Below are positions 59,497 to 64,000 of a stretch of 64,000 nucleotides of DNA, one piece after another. How positions within the stretch are numbered: the stretch's first letter is position 1; each line of letters opens with the position of its first letter. The stretch spans positions 10,416,001 through 10,480,000 of the forward strand of contig CM022669.1 in the NCBI GenBank assembly GCA_012295275.1, given 5' to 3'. Below the pieces are notes generated by a model that did not search any database, was not told the DNA's origin, and saw only the letters and a list, made by a program, of their open reading frames with translations. The position numbers were made by a program, and so were the translations under genes. The DNA comes from Chrysomallon squamiferum (Eukaryota; Animalia; Mollusca).

Positions 59497-60791
59497 CTGT
59501 CTGTATCTGTCTTTATCTCTCTCATATGCATACCTATCAATCCATCCATCTATCCTCGCTAATATGCAAACACCCATCATGCAAACAACACCACATTTAT
59601 ATATATGTATATGTAAACAGAATGTAATATATGGAATATAAGCGGATGGATGGATAGATATGCAGACAAGCAAATATGCACAGAGACACACAGATCATAG
59701 AGAGACAAACGGATATAAAATTATAACAGCAGAATGCTTTACACACACACAAATTCACACACAAATAAATACTTCACACACACTCACTCACACACATAAT
59801 CACGCATACACACAACACACACAAATGCATATACAGTCGCAAATGTTCACAGTATGTGTGAAGCAACTCCATATCTCAACTGACCCAAAATCCAGACAGA
59901 AAACTGATGAAAACACTTATAACATTTCACAAATAGGTTTAAGCAAGCTACACTGGCTTCCTATAAGTCATCTCTCCGTCACTGACAACGATTTTGCTTT
60001 CTTTTATTCCGTTCCGGTCAAGCATGGTCCTATTTGGTGGACCCAATGACCGATTTCACAGATTTTTACATCTGCTTCATTATTCTTTTTGTCGAAACGA
60101 ACGTATCAAAGATCTCGTGCTGAGAACGTTTGGGAGTGAAGCGGGGTATCTGTGTTGTAATAACGATTTGTCTGAGAAGTGGTTACCGGTTTCGAAATGC
60201 GTGTTGTAGCTATTATGAAACGCTGTGTAGTTATTAAGATGTATTTTATATTATGAACGTAAATTAAGATATTCTAACAGTATATGATGTGCGTTTATTT
60301 TTTTTCTTGTCATATTTTAAGAATATTTTTTTTTCTTTCTGTTATAAACAAACATATAAATAACAGAATGAATGAATGAATGAATGAATGAATAAGAAAA
60401 CTCGTAAATAAATTTAAGAAAGTAAAATATGATTTAAAAAATTAAATAAATAAGTTAATAAACAAATGAATAAAAAACAAACAAAAATAAATAAATAAAC
60501 AAACTAATAAACAAATAAATAATTAAACAAACAAACAAATCGTTGCTAAGTACATTAAAACAAATTTAATACAATATTAAAATCATTCATGTAATCTCAC
60601 GTTATAAAGTAAAAGATGGATTTAATGTGTTCATGAAAATATTTGATGTTATTTCCGTTCCAGTCAGTGTTTCAGATAACCATAACAAATATTAAAAGAA
60701 CTCAAAATTTCTACTATTAAATAATTGTATATATTGCCGTTTCGTTATTACTCACATACCAGTAATATTTTTTGTAATTGTAGTAGTAGCA

Positions 60792-60844
<53 letters not shown>

Positions 60845-63395
60845 TTTATAAAAAAGAAAAGAAAAGAAACATCTAACAGATAAAACTAAAATCGTTTCAA
60901 TTAGGAAAAAAAAAAAAAAAAAAAGAAGAAAAAAAAATTAAAAAAAAAAAAAAAATAGGTTAACAAAACAAATTATTTTAATTCAAATGTAGTATTATAA
61001 TAACGATAGCTCCTATATCGGAAATTATGTTATTATGTCAGAACTATCTCAGTTTTACAACTAACCACAAAGAAAACTAACGGATCGCCCGCATTTTTTT
61101 TTTATTACCTCTTTTGGCGCCAAAGCGATAGCTTGTTGTCGACTGCCAAGTGATCTGCAAGACAATCAAGCGCGTGCTGCTTGCACCGCCGGAGCACCTC
61201 CGGAAAGTACCGATTACTAATTAGGTACTTCCATCGACAGTTCAGTCATTTGTGGCACCGCACGCATATCGTCTGAGCCGACATTATACGTCAGTAGCAG
61301 CCGCATCAATGTGATATATTGTAATTGAATTTTGAACTGTTGGCGAGGCCTGACATATTGAATCCTTTTAATCGTTTTAATCCGCAGAGCGCATCAATTT
61401 CACTCTCGGCGAGCGCGCCATTTGAGGTCAGCTTTTTAGCGACCTTCCATCGCCACCAGGAAATAAGACAGCCCGTTATGTCAGAAGCAGATTGCGTTTA
61501 ATCTCACAATTTTCCTCTCCACAATGCATGACAATCGAAATAGGCAGTAAAGGTTAAAAGAAACTTAAATCGTTTCCAAAATGAACGCCAAAGATATTCA
61601 GGTTTTTAAAAAAAAAAAATTCTGTGCCAATGACGTTGTTATGTTTTTCACTTTTTAATTTTTTTTATTATTTTTTTTTCTCCAGTATTAAAAATCGAGC
61701 ATGTGGTAAAAATTAGAATATTAATTGCGAAAGATAAAATAATAAAGTTAATATGAAAAAAAAAAAAAAAAAAAAATAATAATAATAATAAACAATAAAA
61801 ATAAAAATTTAATACACATTAAAAAGAAACATCAACTGAAATCTGATAAGACAAATGTTTTATTATAGTTTGCTTGCTTTCTAAGCTTTATAAATTAAAA
61901 TTATAAAGCGAAGAATTTATAAGAAAATGAAAATTAAAAACACGTACATTTGCTAATCCCAAAGATATTCTTCATTTTATATTTTCAGACTTTATTTTAT
62001 ATAAAATTATTATTCCTATCGCAGAAACTGAACATCGTTTTGCATCTGAAATAAATAAATGATTGAATAAATGAATGAACTTATATTTTAAAAACTAAAC
62101 AAAAAAAGAAAGAAATAACCACTACAAAATCTACAAAAATAAAACATGCCTCTAATAATAATAATAATAATAATAATGAAAAACAATAATAAAATAAAAT
62201 AATTTAAAAAATAAATAAAGAAAAAATAAGTAAGTAAGTAAGTAAGTAACTACGTAAATAAGTAAATAAATAAATAATAATAAAAAACAAATCAAAATTT
62301 AAAAAGATCAAAAATTCAAAAATATCAACCAAACAATAAATCAACCAATACCTAACAACCTTCCATCCGAACAAACAAACAATACTAACAAAATGTACAA
62401 TAACTAAATTACAGATATGAAAGAAATCTCTTATTTTGAATATTTGTTTTGTTTAGGGTTTTTCAAGATTTTTTCCTTATCTCTCTTTCTTTCACAACCT
62501 ATCCCCCCTCCAATAGTTAAAATACAGAAGATACGAAAATAGAATAAATTCTATTAGTAAAAATGAGAATATAATGAAAAAAAAAAAAAAAATTATAAAC
62601 ATGTAAAATTATATTTAAACACATGCATTTTATGTATCCTGATTCATATGAATGTACTTTTGTGTGTTACATAATAAATACTATATACAGGTAACTCAAG
62701 ACGTCTATTATGATTTTTCTTTTCTTCTGTTTTGTTTAATTTCTTTGTTTTTTACTTTTTGCCACCAAATCTGATTTCCCGTATTGTTAGATCAGTGTGT
62801 AAGGTTTGCCAGTAATCTCTAATTGTAATTATGTTTGTATGAAATAGCATTATAAATTCATCTTTAATATTCAACCAATTTCCTATTGTAAGAGTCAAAG
62901 CGAATCAAACAGCAATCAATCAGCTAATAAATAGAATATAAACACATTGTCTTTTTATTATGAAAAATGTGTTGAAGAACAAAGCTCAGATATTTTTAAT
63001 TATAAAAAAAGAAGAAAAGTGTCTTTGTAAATTTTCTAAGCAAAATCCGCTTTAAACGAAATTGCCTTTTCCACAGAAAACCAGCAAAACGCGTTTTTGT
63101 CCGAAACTCATTTACTTATTACATATTTTAGTCAACATTCAGATTTTGATAAACGTTTTAACGATCGTCACAGGAAAGAGCGAGTTATTTCAGAATGCGA
63201 TTGTGTTTAATCCCTCGTGTTTCTTCTCTGATATGCACAACAATCAAAATGTGCAGGAAAAGCCGAATGATCTTTAAGAATAACAAGTAGGTGAAAAGAA
63301 AAAAAAAAAAAGAAAAAAGAAAGAAAGATTAAGAAAAGAACTAAATCACAAAAATAAAATAAGAGGAGTAAAATCACAAAAAATAAATAAAATAA

Positions 63396-63426
<31 letters not shown>

Positions 63427-64000
63427 TAAAAATAAAAATAAAAATAAAAATAAAAAAAAATAAAATAAAATTTAAAAAAAAGAAAACGAAAAAGAAAAAG
63501 AAAAAAAAAGCCACTAATAAATATAAAAAAAACAAAAAACAAACAAACAATAAAATAAAAAATAAAAAGCAAAAGCAAAACAAAACAAAATAAACAAAAG
63601 CACAATTTATATTCATGGTTTTTATTGTATATATTATTTAATATACTCAAACAAAGAGTAAATCACTTCCAGTCTATTTTTTTATCATTATTATTTCTGC
63701 TTCGTGAACAGGATGTCACATCAATATATTAAATACGATGAAATATCCCGTTCAGTGTTCACTGAACTATAACACGGAATACGATTTCTCTCAGTAATTT
63801 GTGGTAATAGAAATTAAGTTTTATTTTAATCAGGATCAAAGCCTTGTTCTTTTGATTAATAAAATCAATAGACTGACATTTTTCTTTCTTCGCTCGTCGC
63901 CAAGTTATAAGCTAAAGACTTATCAGACAGAACCGAATTTATGTGATTCGTTACGCCGCAATTAATTACATCGGCTTAGGAAATGCATTTCACAGGTAAC

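Overview
AT-rich, microsatellite-saturated animal genomic DNA, by inference a lophotrochozoan and probably a gastropod mollusc. Almost all ORFs in the supplied track are simple-repeat artefacts. Two real spliced genes lie tail-to-tail. (1) The last 8 exons (about 284 codons) of a DEG/ENaC (ASIC-like) channel are on + at 476-6036; its 5' part is outside the window. (2) A complete 8-exon NR2E3/PNR nuclear receptor gene (429 aa) is on - at 11152-34785. Its short first exon lies 16 kb upstream behind a CCAAT/TATA/Inr promoter. The remaining 29 kb has no recognisable gene: CpG-rich, motif-dense islands alternate with microsatellites and decayed tRNA-derived SINE fragments. The best leads are an 89-bp tandem duplication that copies the NR2E3 exon-3 splice acceptor, an RBBP5/MYC-like WDR5-binding motif in the NR2E3 hinge, a 170-nt G-U-rich fold-back at 41.7 kb, GY/Brd/K-box and miR-92 sites in the inferred 3'UTR, and a fixed-spacing homeodomain-Sox cluster in intron 1. 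I see no clear evidence of a wholly new multi-gene system.
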